Numbered from the stretch's first letter, positions 30,036 through 41,692 are shown. The stretch is DNA of 64,000 nucleotides from Oceanispirochaeta sp. (GCA_963663385.2 CAXXXD010000003.1:320001-384000), one strand, 5' to 3'. The notes: generated by a model not told the origin, from the sequence alone. Translations and numbers: made by a program.

Positions 30036-30895
30036 ATTACTTCTCCTGTTGAATTCCTGATGGCTGTACGGAGGAAATCGGCTGCCCTGGATAAATCTTC
30101 CCGCCAGTTTGAACTGCCTGTATACCAGAATTCCCCAACAAAAAGGGAAACCCCCAGTTCCCTGACAATTCCTACGGTTTTCTGAAAGTTTACATGCCCT
30201 GTTCCATAGGGAATCTCTCTGTACCTGCCCGGAAGGGTTTCTTTAAGATGCATGGCTGCCATATGCCCCCTGCCGGCGGCAATATCCAGAGTCAGACTGT
30301 GCCCGTCTGCCAGGGCTGCATTACTTATGTTTCCGATATCCGGATAAATCTGCAGATAGGGAGAGTCAATCCTGTGAATATGCTCCATGGCTTTGGATAC
30401 GGTATTAAGAAAATCCGTTTCCATTGTTTCAAAGGCAAGGATGACTCCTTCCCTGGATGCCAGCTCGACAGCTTCTTTAAGATTCTTTTCAAAATTGGTA
30501 CGGGTTGTACTATTGGACGGTGCGTAATATTCATCATACCCGGCAATCTGTATAATCCTGATGCCCAGGTCGCCGGCCAGCTGAATGGCATCTTCCATAA
30601 TTTCCATCCCTCTCTTCCGTACGGCAGGGGATTCACTGCCCAGCGGATACTTTCTGTTTCCGCTGAGGCAAAGGGTTTTTATGGGAACTCCACTCTCCCA
30701 GATAGCATGAGATACTTTACGCCGCTCTTCCCGATCCCATTTTAACCGGGCCAGCTTCTCGTCCGTTTCATCAATGCTCAGTTCCATAAAATCAAAACCG
30801 GCTTTCCGGGTCTCCTTAAGTTTTTCATGGATGCCTATTTCCGGCGGCATGGATTTTTCGTATAATCCAAGTTTGTATTTGAAGGTTGTATTCAT
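30032..30895 (-). CDS. ulaE: L-xylulose-5-phosphate 3-epimerase (UlaE/SgbU)
   Basis: LGLYEKSMP, ELSIDETDEKLARL, IQIAGYD, ETMET, YPDIGN, HLKET, EFW. Confidence 0.92.
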   Translation of the reverse strand: MNTTFKYKLGLYEKSMPPEIGIHEKLKETRKAGFDFMELSIDETDEKLARLKWDREERRKVSHAIWESGVPIKTLCLSGNRKYPLGSESPAVRKRGMEIMEDAIQLAGDLGIRIIQIAGYDEYYAPSNSTTRTNFEKNLKEAVELASREGVILAFETMETDFLNTVSKAMEHIHRIDSPYLQIYPDIGNISNAALADGHSLTLDIAAGRGHMAAMHLKETLPGRYREIPYGTGHVNFQKTVGIVRELGVSLFVGEFWYTGSSNWREDLSRAADFLRTAIRNSTGEVI

Positions 30896-31076
30896 GATTG
30901 TTCAATTATATTTTCCTGAGTTCCGAAAGCAATATAATATCTTTAACCGGTTGTATCGATTTCATATAATATTTTAAGCTTCCCTGAAAAATATTTAACA
31001 CTGTCTTGATTAGAACCGGACTGTCCGGTAAAAATTGGGGCAGATAAAAATGCATTTTGTTACGGGAGAACAGGGT

Positions 31077-31742
31077 ATGATCAGTACTGTCATCTTTGAC
31101 ATGGACGGGGTTTTAATTGATAGCGAGCCGATACATCAAAGGGTAAACCAGTCATTTTTTTCCAGGATTGGCACTGAAGTCGGCAGTGAGTTTTATAACA
31201 GTAACTTTGTAGGATTGCCCGTGGAACAGATGATGGTCTATCTAAAAGAGAAACACAATCTTAAAGCCGGTGTTCCGGAGCTGATGGCCGAATGCGGCGC
31301 TCTGCTATATAAAGAATTTGAACAGTCGGAACTGGTTCCCGTTTCGGGAGTAAAAGAGCTTCTCGGATTATTCAGGGAAGAACAGTTTAATCTGGCTGTA
31401 GGTTCCTCTTCATCACCGGAATTGATTCGTTTGATAATCGGCAAACTGGGGCTTGATCATTTTTTTCATCACCTTGTCAGCGGGTATGAAGTGAAAAAGG
31501 GTAAACCCGAACCGGATCTCTTTTTGAAAATAGCCGGGATATTCAATGAATCTCCGGAGAATTGCGCCGTTATTGAAGACTCTGCTCTGGGATTGAAAGC
31601 TGCCTCTCTGGCGGGGATGCCTTCTATCGGGGTAAGGAATCCCTCATCAGGAGATCAGGATCTGAGTCTGGCGGAGCTTATTGTTCCGGGATTTGGCAAA
31701 GAGGAGAGAGGGGAGATATTGAAGGCTCTTCAGAGCTGGTAA
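31077..31742 (+). CDS. HAD-superfamily phosphatase (beta-PGM/Gph-like)
   Basis: [31 protein letters not shown]. Confidence 0.9.
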   Translation: MISTVIFDMDGVLIDSEPIHQRVNQSFFSRIGTEVGSEFYNSNFVGLPVEQMMVYLKEKHNLKAGVPELMAECGALLYKEFEQSELVPVSGVKELLGLFREEQFNLAVGSSSSPELIRLIIGKLGLDHFFHHLVSGYEVKKGKPEPDLFLKIAGIFNESPENCAVIEDSALGLKAASLAGMPSIGVRNPSSGDQDLSLAELIVPGFGKEERGEILKALQSW

Positions 31743-33605
31743 TATTCTTCTGCCGGGAGGTTTTAAACCAGTTTATATGATCATTTAAAAGGATGGTCGC
31801 TTTGTGGATCCTTCTGGTAAGACGGGTCATCTTTTTCATCTGATAGTCTATCTGACTGAATTCCCGGGTAAAGAGTACAATCTTTTCCAGAACACTGGAT
31901 GAAATTGTATTAATCTGGTTCATGCTGCTTGATGTTTCACCCGTGGATACGGCTATGATATCGCTATTATCCAGAACTCTCAGAGATACTGTATTCAGCT
32001 CTTCCATATCTTTTCGGATCTGTTTGTTTATCCTGGAGAAATCTGTAATTTTCCTATGGATTTCGTGAAAGGACTGGTTTGATTCCAGGATCTCTCTGTT
32101 TATGCTTTCAAAAGCCTGCTGGGTGTTCTGTCCGGATTTTTGACTTTTTTCAATCCTTTCGATAATCTTATCCAGGGCACTGGTTATCTGATTGGTATTT
32201 TCGGCTGAAATTTCAGCCAGTTGCCGTATTTCATCTGCCACGACAGAAAACCCCTTTCCGTATTCACCGGCATGGGCCGCCTCGATTGCGGCATTCATGG
32301 CAAGCAGATTCGTCTGGGATGCTATTCCCTTAATCGTTTCGGCTACCTTTTCAATAATCCCGATACTGTCATAGACTTCGGACATGATGGCGCGTGTTGT
32401 GCCCAGGCTTTCACCCCCGATACGGGCCGTCTGAATCAGGTTTTCCGATGAAATGGTCTGGGTTTCTGCAACCTGCTTTATAAAATCCGCCGAATCCGAC
32501 ATTTCAATTATGGAACTGTCCGCCGTTTCAATAATCCGTATCTGTTTCTGTATAACTTCGTTTAATTCTGCTGTATTGCTGTTAATGGTGGAGAATTGTT
32601 TGTCCGCATCGCTTAGATGATTGTTCAGGGTTTGTATCTGACTATTGATATTTTCAACATTTTTATTAAGCAGGCCGGTGCTGTTTGATATCTGATCGAT
32701 TGCTTCATCCAATTCGTTTTTTATCAGAACATTCTCCACCGAACCTTTTTTTATTTTGTTTATTGTATTCAGAAGGGCATTCCGGAAGGATTCCATTGAA
32801 GTGCTTAGCTGCATCAGTTCATCTTTTGTATTTATAAGAACCGAACGATTAAGATGACCGTCTTTCATATAATCTAATCCCTTATGAATCTTCATAATCC
32901 CCCTGTTCATTCCGGTGGTGAGATAGAGCAGCAGAAAAAGACTTGTCAGAATAAAAAATGCAACAATTCCAATTGAAAGAATAGACCCGTTTCTGGTTAT
33001 GCGTCGGGTTTCACTGCGTATAATCAAACTGTTGCTTTCCAGGGTTTCTATGGATGTGGAAAGGCTGTAATCCAGGTTTATCAGATTGACGGAGATATCT
33101 CTTGTCAGCTGTAAAATAGTTTTCAACTGTTCAGGATCCTGTATCTGCCCTTTACTGATATTTTCAGAATAGAGGGTAAACAGGTAAAATAGTTAATATC
33201 GATACCGGTTTTACCAATGAGTCTGTCAAAACGAGTGAGAAGATCTTCCAGGGTGCTCTGTTTTTCCTGTGATATCTGTCTCAGGGTCCCGATGGTTTCC
33301 AGTGCTTCCCGCACAGAAGGGCTGATGGAGGGAAGCAGCGTAATGGATGATAATTTTGAAAAGGACTGATAGGTTGCTTCCACTGAATCGTAATAGGATG
33401 TTACGGATTGAGAGTAGGGATTGTTGCTTATTTTACATAAAGTCAGCAGTTCATTCTGAAGTGAGACTTTTACATCCTCCAGCAGGCTTTCCTCCATTTT
33501 TATATGACTGACTTTGAGACTCTGATACGAAAAGAGTCCTATGGAGAGGAGAATCGAAAAAACGAGTCCGCCGAATAAACCGAACATTTTGCCTTTTATT
33601 GTCAT
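31678..33605 (-). pseudogene. Methyl-accepting chemotaxis protein split by a frameshift (or a sequencing error)
   Basis: 33123-33605 holds TM1 and the sensor start; 31678-33126 holds TM2, HAMP and [34 protein letters not shown]. One extra A in the run at 33186-33189 fuses them. Confidence 0.8.
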
Positions 33606-33933
33606 ATCTGTACCCCTGAAAGTTTTTTTTCATAGTAAAGGCATTTCACAGGAACACAAGTGTATTAGTAATATCTTGTATTATTTAGAAATATGATAAA
33701 GATTTGATGTTTTTCGTTGTTTCAGTTGATCCGGGAGGAGATTATGATTAAGAAAATCGTAATATTTTATATTATTATTGATTTGACATATTAAATATCC
33801 CATGGTAATTCAGGTACAGAAAACATAAAAAAAATACGAATACGATATTCCAGATTTTAGAAATATCCTCCATTTTGTTCTGACAGGGGCTGAAATATAA
33901 TGCGGATAAATTAATATTTTAAAGGAGTTCTAA

Positions 33934-35361
33934 ATGAAAAGACACAAATTGTTTACAGCAGTGGCTCTATTGCTGATTTGTGCTTTGGGTTCAGTGTCCG
34001 CTAATGGTCAGCATGACGGTGCCGGATCGGGAGATACCGTAGACACCGTAAAAAGCGAGGCTGCCAAGACAGGTTTCAGCTGGAAAATGGCGGAAGGAGA
34101 ATCAATCAAGGTTCTTTTTAATCAGCATCCATATGCTGAATCTATTATTAAGAAGATTCCCGAGTTTGAAGCAGCCACAGGTATTAAGGTAACATACGCC
34201 ATTACACCTGAAGAAAACTACTTCGACAAGGTAACCACTTCCCTTAACAGCCGTTCCGGTGATCCCGACCTCTTTATGAGCGGTGCCTATCAGATCTGGG
34301 AATATGCAGTCCCCGGGTATGTTCAGGAACTGGACCAGTTTGTCAATGATCCCAATCTGGTTTCTCCCGACTACGATTTTGCCGATTTCTACCCTGGTGT
34401 TATTTCTTCTCTGAAATGGGACCTGACTCCAGGTCATAAAGTCGGAACAGGTAGCCTCTGGGCTCTTCCCCTGGGCTTTGAAACGAATATTCTTGCCTAT
34501 AACAAGAGAATCTTTGATGAAAGAGGTCTGAAACCTCCCAAAACCATGAAGGAACTGGCGGCTCTCTGTGAAGAACTTCAGGAATTCGATGGTCCGGGTA
34601 CATATGCTCTGGCAATCCGCGGTTCCAGAAACTGGGGTACCATTCATGCCGGTTATATGACAACCTACTCTAATTACGGTGCCGTAGATTTTGAAATTGA
34701 AGATGGTAAACTGATTTCCAAAGTTAACTCTTCTGCGGCTATTGAAATGACCGAGGACTGGGTAAATCTGATTAAAACCGGTGGATCCCCCACCTGGGCA
34801 AGCTATACCTGGTATCAGGCTGGTGCTGACCTGGGTGCCGGAAAAGCCGCCATGCTCTTTGATGCAGACTGTAACGGTTATTTTCAGAACCCCGCCGGGG
34901 CTTCGAAAGAAGCCGGAAACCTTGCTTATGTTCATGCTCCTCTCCCCTCAGGACAGGACAAGGTTAATGCCAACCTCTGGACATGGGCAATGGCAATCAA
35001 TAAGGCTTCCAAGCATAAAACAGCTTCCTGGCTCTTTCTGCAGTATTTTACCGGAAAAGAGTTCAATCAGTGGGCTTCCACAGTTGGTAAAACTGTAGAC
35101 CCCGCCAGAAAATCTGTTTTTGAAAGTTCCGACTTCCAGCAGGTACTGTCCAAATCCGAAGGTTACGGACAGGCTTTCCAGGACTCAGTTGCCGGAACCA
35201 CGATTCAGTTTACTCCCCAGCCCCACTTTTTTGAAACAACAACCGAGTGGGCTGCAACCCTCCAGGATATCGTATCCGGAGAATACGACTCTGTCGAAGA
35301 GGGGCTTAATGCTCTCAAGAAGAAGATGGACCGTATTGTCGAAGACATTGAAGTCGAATAA
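33934..35361 (+). CDS. Carbohydrate/polyol ABC transporter substrate-binding protein (CUT1)
   Basis: Signal peptide then ANGQHD; FEAATGIKV, LAYNKRIF, WTWAMAINKAS; RBS AAGGAG. Confidence 0.92.
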   Translation: MKRHKLFTAVALLLICALGSVSANGQHDGAGSGDTVDTVKSEAAKTGFSWKMAEGESIKVLFNQHPYAESIIKKIPEFEAATGIKVTYAITPEENYFDKVTTSLNSRSGDPDLFMSGAYQIWEYAVPGYVQELDQFVNDPNLVSPDYDFADFYPGVISSLKWDLTPGHKVGTGSLWALPLGFETNILAYNKRIFDERGLKPPKTMKELAALCEELQEFDGPGTYALAIRGSRNWGTIHAGYMTTYSNYGAVDFEIEDGKLISKVNSSAAIEMTEDWVNLIKTGGSPTWASYTWYQAGADLGAGKAAMLFDADCNGYFQNPAGASKEAGNLAYVHAPLPSGQDKVNANLWTWAMAINKASKHKTASWLFLQYFTGKEFNQWASTVGKTVDPARKSVFESSDFQQVLSKSEGYGQAFQDSVAGTTIQFTPQPHFFETTTEWAATLQDIVSGEYDSVEEGLNALKKKMDRIVEDIEVE

Positions 35362-35380
35362 TTAAAAAAATGAGATAAAC

Positions 35381-35409
35381 TATCGGGCTGCCTCTGCAGC
35401 AGTCCGATA
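35381..35409 (+). other. Stem-loop after the binding-protein gene (probable mRNA stabiliser)
   Basis: TATCGGGCTGC...GCAGTCCGATA, no U-tract. Confidence 0.55.
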
Positions 35410-35458
35410 CCGATTATTCGGCTATTTACAATAAATATAAATAAACAGGAGTTCTGTT

Positions 35459-36412
35459 TTGTCTGAAAATATAAATGAAAATAGCCTTAAGACTGGTATG
35501 ACAGGTACAGAAACCAGCTTAACAAAGGTTCACTGGACAGTTAAGGCTCGTCCATATTTTATCATGGCGCCCTGTCTGCTTATCACAATCGGTATTCTAT
35601 ACCCATTTGCAAGCGCCATATTCTATTCTTTAACCAATTATTCCTTCAGGAATCCCACCTGGAAATTTATTGGACTTCGAAACTGGAAATATCTGTCTAC
35701 CGATGTGGATTTCTGGCATGCTCTATTGGTAACATTCAAATATGCAGCGGCTACAACCATTCCGCAAATACTTCTGGGACTGGGAATTGCCCTTTTGCTT
35801 AACAAAGAAAACTGGTTTACCAGAATACTGAAAGTCGTTCTGGTATTTCCCCTGATGATTGCTCCTGTAATCGCCACATTGATATGGCAGCTTATGACCA
35901 ATACGTCAGTAGGTATTCTGGAAAAGTTTCTGAACCTGTTCGGTGTATATGGTTTTCCCTGGGCTGCATCATCACATACCGCATTGTTTACGGCGGCCCT
36001 GATCGATACCTGGGTTTATGCTCCCTTTGTTATCGTTCTGGTCTCAGCAGGTATTCAGTCTCTGCCCAAATCTCCTTTCGAGGCGGCAAAGGTTGATGGC
36101 GGATCGGCATGGTTTACCTTTAAAAATCTGACACTTCCCATGCTGAAACCATTCATGTATATCGCCCTGATATTCCGCCTTATGGCGGCTCTCCAGGAGT
36201 TTGCCATTATCTTCGCCCTTTCCAAGGGAGGTCCGGGAAATACTCTAATGAACCTCTCCCTGTCTGGTTACAACAAAGGTTTTGCTTTTCTTAAGTTCGG
36301 TGAATCACTGCCGTATGTACTGGTTTTATGGGTGGTTATTTACTTTATCAGTAAAAAACTGGTAGGCGATTATCTTCTGACGCAGAAAAAAGCCTCCGGT
36401 GAAGCGAATTAA
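35459..36412 (+). CDS. Carbohydrate ABC transporter permease (MalF-like)
   Basis: FIGLRNW, EAAKVDGGS loop; TTG start with AGGAG. Confidence 0.92.
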   Translation: MSENINENSLKTGMTGTETSLTKVHWTVKARPYFIMAPCLLITIGILYPFASAIFYSLTNYSFRNPTWKFIGLRNWKYLSTDVDFWHALLVTFKYAAATTIPQILLGLGIALLLNKENWFTRILKVVLVFPLMIAPVIATLIWQLMTNTSVGILEKFLNLFGVYGFPWAASSHTALFTAALIDTWVYAPFVIVLVSAGIQSLPKSPFEAAKVDGGSAWFTFKNLTLPMLKPFMYIALIFRLMAALQEFAIIFALSKGGPGNTLMNLSLSGYNKGFAFLKFGESLPYVLVLWVVIYFISKKLVGDYLLTQKKASGEAN

Positions 36413-36422
36413 GGAGAGATTG

Positions 36423-37250
36423 ATGACTATTGAAAAAATGCACCATACAGGTAAAGTCGCAAGGAACTTACTCCTCGCCCTCTGGGCCATCTTTGCTCTG
36501 TTCCCTATATTCTGGATGGTTTTGATTACTTTTAAAAGTGATGCGGAAATGTTTACAACTACTTTCTTCTTTACTCCTACATTGGAAAACTATACACAGG
36601 TTCTATTCCGTACCGACTATTTCAGTGCCTTTCTGGATAATATAATCGTCAGTGCCGGAGCTGTTATTGTATCGGTTATAGCCGGTGTGCCTGCGGCATA
36701 TGCTTTGGCCCGGTTTAATTTTAAAGGGAAAGAGGATCTGGCTTTTACCATTCTTTCTTTCAAATTCGCACCGGAAATCCTGGTTATTCTGCCCCTGTTT
36801 ATGATTTATCAGAAACTGGGGATCTATGATACCCATTTCGGTCTTATCTGGGTTTATCAGCTGATTACCATGCCCCTTCTTGTATGGGTAGTCAGGGGAT
36901 ATTTTGAAGATATCTCTGTAGAGATAGAGCAGGCTGCCCGACTTGACGGATACCGCTGGTGGGAGATCTTCTATAAGATGCTTCTGCCCCTGATCAAACC
37001 GGGACTGGTTTCATCTGCTCTTCTGGCATTTATCTTTGCCTGGAACAGTTTTACCTTTCCCCTGCTGCTGACCAGCTTCAATGTGGAAACTGTAACTGTC
37101 GCATCCCTGAAATATATAGCGTCCGATACCGTTCACTACGGCCAGATGGCTGTAGCGGCAACTGTAGCAGCTACCCCGGAAGTTATTCTGGCGCTTCTGA
37201 TTCAGAAACACCTGGTACGGGGACTCAGTTTCGGTGCTGTAAAAGGTTAA
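36423..37250 (+). CDS. Carbohydrate ABC transporter permease (MalG-like)
   Basis: AAYALARF, EQAARLDG, FIFAWN, GAVKG end. Confidence 0.92.
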   Translation: MTIEKMHHTGKVARNLLLALWAIFALFPIFWMVLITFKSDAEMFTTTFFFTPTLENYTQVLFRTDYFSAFLDNIIVSAGAVIVSVIAGVPAAYALARFNFKGKEDLAFTILSFKFAPEILVILPLFMIYQKLGIYDTHFGLIWVYQLITMPLLVWVVRGYFEDISVEIEQAARLDGYRWWEIFYKMLLPLIKPGLVSSALLAFIFAWNSFTFPLLLTSFNVETVTVASLKYIASDTVHYGQMAVAATVAATPEVILALLIQKHLVRGLSFGAVKG

Positions 37251-37263
37251 ATTGGAGGAAATT

Positions 37264-38409
37264 GTGGCTCAGATTGAATTAAACGAATTAACAAAAAACT
37301 ATAAAGAGCATTCGGCTCTGAAAAATGTGGACCTGACCGTTCATGATAAGGAATTCCTTGTACTTTTCGGTCCGGCTGGGGCGGGGAAGACAACAACACT
37401 CAAGATGATCGCCGGTCTGGAATTCCCGGACGAAGGGTTGGTTAAAATTAACGGGGAAATCGTTAATGTTGTTCCTCCGGCCAATAGAAATGTATCTATG
37501 GTATTTGAGAACTATGCCCTTTATCCCCATCTTTCGGTTTATGACAACATTGCTTCCCCCATGAGGAGTTCCCTCTACAGGGAGGATGAAAAGTATATTC
37601 ATGATGCGATCCTTGATGTAACCAAAAAGATGAAGATTGACCACCTGTGGGACAGGCTGCCTTCCCAGCTCAGTAACGGTCAGCGTCAGAGGGTTGCCCT
37701 GGGGCGTTGTCTTGTAAGAAAACCGAATGTCTTTCTTATGGATGAACCCCTGGCTCACCTTGATGCCAAACTGCGGCACTTTATGAGGGCCGAACTGAAA
37801 GAAATGCAGGCTTCCTTTGATACAACAACCATCTATGTAACTCATGACTACATGGAAGCTCTGAGTCTGGGAGACCGGATCGCTATCATTAATGAAGGTG
37901 AAATCATACAGATAGGTACGGGAGAGGAGCTGTTCTATACCCCCTGTAACCAGTTCGTTGCCGGTCTTATGGGAGAACCTGAGATTAATATTATCCCGGC
38001 GGAAATTATCCGGGATAACAGTTCAGTCAAGGTAAAACTGTCTCATCAGAATCACCTTTTTGATCTGCCGGAAGATGTGGCCAATTTTTTTAGAGAAAAT
38101 ACCATTGAAAGCGTAAATCTTGGAGTTCGGGGAAACGATGTTACCTGTTCCAGGACATCCGGGAATGACAAATCTATTAAAGGATCGGTATATGTTCTTG
38201 AACCGATCGGCAACCGCTCTATTCTGACTGCCGATGTGGAAGGACAGAAAATACGGATTATTGTTTCCAACAGCTACGATGTGGAAATGGATTCTGATAC
38301 TTATATCGATCTTGATTTTACGGATATTATTTTTTTCAACAGTGAAAATGAAGAGTATCTGATACGGCACAATCAGGAAAAACTGGTTAAGGAGGGCACA
38401 CATGCCTGA
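37264..38409 (+). CDS. ABC transporter ATP-binding protein (MalK-like) 1
   Basis: GPAGAGKTT, YALYPHL, LSNGQRQR, LMDEPL; GTG start with GGAGG. Confidence 0.92.
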   Translation: MAQIELNELTKNYKEHSALKNVDLTVHDKEFLVLFGPAGAGKTTTLKMIAGLEFPDEGLVKINGEIVNVVPPANRNVSMVFENYALYPHLSVYDNIASPMRSSLYREDEKYIHDAILDVTKKMKIDHLWDRLPSQLSNGQRQRVALGRCLVRKPNVFLMDEPLAHLDAKLRHFMRAELKEMQASFDTTTIYVTHDYMEALSLGDRIAIINEGEIIQIGTGEELFYTPCNQFVAGLMGEPEINIIPAEIIRDNSSVKVKLSHQNHLFDLPEDVANFFRENTIESVNLGVRGNDVTCSRTSGNDKSIKGSVYVLEPIGNRSILTADVEGQKIRIIVSNSYDVEMDSDTYIDLDFTDIIFFNSENEEYLIRHNQEKLVKEGTHA

Positions 38410-39514
38410 TCTCATTCTGGAAAATGTATTTAAACGATATGTAAATAAGAAAAATACCAAAGTGCTCAATGACTTTGCGGTAAATGATCTCTCTCTTCAC
38501 TGTAATGAAGGGGAGTTTATAGGAATCCTGGGACCTTCCGGCTGTGGGAAAACCACTACATTGAGAATGATTGCCGGGTTGGAAGAGATTACTGACGGAA
38601 ACATCTATATCGGCGATATGAAGCTTAATAATCTTGAGCCGAAAGACCGTCATATCGGTTTGGCTTTTGAGGATTATGCCCTGTATCCTCCTCTGAATGT
38701 GTATGACAATATTGCCTTCAATCTGAGAGCGAAGAAAGTTTCGGAAGAGGCCATTAAGGAAAGGATAAATAAGATTGCTCCTTTGCTTAAAGTGGATGAT
38801 CTGCTCAAAGAAAAGCCCATCAGTTTGTCTGGTGGGCAGAAGCAGCGGGTCAATATTGCCCGAGCGATTGTAAGGGAACCGAAACTCCTTCTACTGGATG
38901 AACCACTCTCTCATCTGGATGGAAAAATGCGGCAGGTGCTCAGGGACGAGATCAAACGTCTTCACAGGCAGATCAACAGTACAACGATTATTGTGACTCA
39001 TGATCAGCTGGAAGCCATGTCTCTTTCCGACAGAATGGCCATAATGAAGGACGGTCTGCTTCAGCAGTTCGGAACCCCTCTGGAAATCTACGATGATCCG
39101 GCCAATGAATTTGTTGCCGGATTTATCGGGGAACCCCCCATGAACCTTTTGACCGTTACAATTAAACAGACCGGAAATGATTATCTGTTTGTTTTTGCAG
39201 ATAATAACCTGCAGGTACCTGTTCCCGTCAGGTATAACAAGGTTTTAAAGGACGGTATGAAAGTTCGTCTGGGCGTTCGTCCCACGGATGTTCTGATAGG
39301 CCGGGAAAACAGCAAAGGTACGGATGTGGAAATAACCGTATTTGAGGGACTGGGAGAAGAGAGACGGCTTCATTTCAGAGTCGGTGAGGAGTTCCTGACC
39401 CTGATTACAACAGAGAAAATATTCTATCGTCCCGGCGATACCATTAAACTAGAGTTCCTTTCGGAGAAAACCCATCTGTTTGATCTGAAAACGGGCGATA
39501 AAATCCGCGCATAA
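38402..39514 (+). CDS. ABC transporter ATP-binding protein (MalK-like) 2
   Basis: GPSGCGKTT, LSGGQKQR, LLDEPL. Confidence 0.92.
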   Translation: MPDLILENVFKRYVNKKNTKVLNDFAVNDLSLHCNEGEFIGILGPSGCGKTTTLRMIAGLEEITDGNIYIGDMKLNNLEPKDRHIGLAFEDYALYPPLNVYDNIAFNLRAKKVSEEAIKERINKIAPLLKVDDLLKEKPISLSGGQKQRVNIARAIVREPKLLLLDEPLSHLDGKMRQVLRDEIKRLHRQINSTTIIVTHDQLEAMSLSDRMAIMKDGLLQQFGTPLEIYDDPANEFVAGFIGEPPMNLLTVTIKQTGNDYLFVFADNNLQVPVPVRYNKVLKDGMKVRLGVRPTDVLIGRENSKGTDVEITVFEGLGEERRLHFRVGEEFLTLITTEKIFYRPGDTIKLEFLSEKTHLFDLKTGDKIRA

Positions 39515-39541
39515 ATTTTAACAAAGGATAAGGAGAAAAGA

Positions 39542-40618
39542 ATGAGTGATTTACCAAAAACAATGAAAGCAATTGTAGCCTATGCCCCCGGAGACTACCG
39601 GTATGAAGATGCTCCCGTTCCCAGAGCAGGAGAGGGAGAGATTGTGATAAAAGTGGAAGCCTGCGGTGTATGTGCGGGGGATGTTAAAGCCGAACATGGT
39701 GCGTCCCGGTTCTGGGGAGGGGACGGTACTCCGCCCTATATAAAAGCTCCTGTTATTCCCGGTCATGAGTTTCTTGGAGAAATTGTTGAAATGGGGGAAA
39801 ATGTTAAAGGAGATTTTAAACTGGGAGACCGGGTCATTTCCGAACAGATCGTTCCCTGCTGGGAGTGTAAATTCTGTAAAACAGGACGTCACTGGATGTG
39901 TGAAAAACACGATGTGTACGGGTTCCAGTACAATGTAAACGGCGGAATGGCCGAATATATGAAATTCCCCAAAGAAGCCCTTGTATACAATGTTCCAAAG
40001 GATATTCCCATGGAAAAGGCTATTCTGGTTGAACCTTTCGCCTGCTCAAAACATGCTGTAGACCGGGGTAATATCGGGAATGAGGATGTGGTTGTCCTTT
40101 CCGGAGCCGGAACCCTTGGACTGGGTATGGTGGGAGCCATCAAACTGAAAAATCCCAAGACCCTTGTTGTTCTGGATATGAAGGATGAAAGACTGGAGCT
40201 GGCAAAAAAATTCGGGGCAGATGTAGTAATGAACCCCGCCAAGGAGGATGTTGTCAGCAAGATCAGGGAGATGACAGAGGGATACGGTTGTGATATTTAC
40301 ATTGAGGCGACGGGGCATCCCTCCAGTGTTCAGCAGGGATTGGAAGCTATCAGAAAAATGGGGACTTTTGTTGAATTCAGCGTGTTTGGTCAGCTTACCA
40401 CGGTTGACTGGAGCATTATCAGTGATACCAAAGAACTGGATCTTTTCGGAGCTCATCTCAGTCCGTTCTGTTATGAACCGGTTATTGAGTGGATTGGAAA
40501 CGGAAAACTTCCAACCGATGGAGTTGTGACTCACACCTTACCCCTCAAGGAGTACAGGAAAGCTTTTGAACTGGCAGGAAAAGGAGAAGGATCACTCAAG
40601 GTTGTTTTAGTGCCTTGA
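39542..40618 (+). CDS. Zn-dependent polyol dehydrogenase (erythritol/L-threitol dehydrogenase EltD-like)
   Basis: CGVCAGD, PGHEF, CWECKFCKTGRHWMC, GAGTLG, VEFSVF, DWSIISD. Confidence 0.85.
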   Translation: MSDLPKTMKAIVAYAPGDYRYEDAPVPRAGEGEIVIKVEACGVCAGDVKAEHGASRFWGGDGTPPYIKAPVIPGHEFLGEIVEMGENVKGDFKLGDRVISEQIVPCWECKFCKTGRHWMCEKHDVYGFQYNVNGGMAEYMKFPKEALVYNVPKDIPMEKAILVEPFACSKHAVDRGNIGNEDVVVLSGAGTLGLGMVGAIKLKNPKTLVVLDMKDERLELAKKFGADVVMNPAKEDVVSKIREMTEGYGCDIYIEATGHPSSVQQGLEAIRKMGTFVEFSVFGQLTTVDWSIISDTKELDLFGAHLSPFCYEPVIEWIGNGKLPTDGVVTHTLPLKEYRKAFELAGKGEGSLKVVLVP

Positions 40619-40705
40619 TAATACAAATAAGTGTAATGAAAGATTCGTCAATAAGTTATACGAAACTTTAAAATCTCGAGTAGATTCATGAAATAGGAAA
40701 CTGAA

Positions 40706-41692
40706 ATGAGAGAAGATAGAAAATCCCCCCCCAAAATGAAGGTGGCAAGTCTGGGACTGCATATCTGCGATATCCTGGGGCGGCCTGTAACAGGTATTCC
40801 TGAAGGACAGAATCTGGATATTCTGGAAGAAACCAGAATGACAGTTGCAGGAACGGCTGCAGGAACGAGTGTCGATATGGCTAAACTCGGTTTGGATGTA
40901 TACGCCTTTGGTGCGGTGGGGACGGATACAATAGGTGATTTTGTTATGAGTACCATGAACAGTTATGGAATTGATACCGCAGGACTTGTCAGAACATCAC
41001 TTGCGCAGACTTCTACTTCCATGTTGATGATCCGTCCTAACGGAGACAGACCGGCACTTCATGTACCGGGAGCAAATGCTGTTTATTCACGGGAAAATGT
41101 AAACTTTACCCTTCTGGCAGAAATGGATTTTCTTCACTTTGGAGGAACAGGGCTCATGCCGGGACTGGACGGGGAAGCCAGCCGGGACATTCTGGCGTTT
41201 GCAAAAAAACATAATGTTACGACGACCTTTGATCTGATCGCTTTGGAATCGGTTGAATTAAACTCATTAATAGAACCCTGTTTACCTTTTGTGGATTATT
41301 TTATGCCCGGGCTGGAAGAAGCCGCCATGATTTGCGGTTTGGATAGAAGAGAGGATATCCACAGATATTTTCTGGAAAGGGGCGCCGGGCATACGGTATT
41401 CAAAAACGGTGAAAACGGGACTTTTATAGCATGGCTGGACAGCGGAGTGTTGAGAGAAATCCATATTCCATGTTTTGAAACCAGTGTGGTTGATTCAACC
41501 GGATGCGGTGATTCGTTCTGTGCTGGATTTATCAAGGCTCTGTCCTGTGGATTCCCTCTGGAAATTTGTGGCGAAATGGGCAGTGCCTGCGGAGCTCTTG
41601 TTATTTCAGGTCTTGGTTCGGACGCCGGAATAGTAAGCTGGGAGCATCTTCAGGAATTTGCCAGAACCACACCGGTTTGTCTTTCTGTATAA
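40706..41692 (+). CDS. PfkB-family carbohydrate kinase
   Basis: AGTAAGT, GAVGTDTIG, DSTGCGDSFCAG. Confidence 0.9.
   Translation: MREDRKSPPKMKVASLGLHICDILGRPVTGIPEGQNLDILEETRMTVAGTAAGTSVDMAKLGLDVYAFGAVGTDTIGDFVMSTMNSYGIDTAGLVRTSLAQTSTSMLMIRPNGDRPALHVPGANAVYSRENVNFTLLAEMDFLHFGGTGLMPGLDGEASRDILAFAKKHNVTTTFDLIALESVELNSLIEPCLPFVDYFMPGLEEAAMICGLDRREDIHRYFLERGAGHTVFKNGENGTFIAWLDSGVLREIHIPCFETSVVDSTGCGDSFCAGFIKALSCGFPLEICGEMGSACGALVISGLGSDAGIVSWEHLQEFARTTPVCLSV

Noticed and set aside
31678..31742. 65-nt convergent overlap between the HAD and MCP genes as a regulatory system
   Set aside because: Likely just a C-terminal run-on of the MCP frame; nothing else supports a function.
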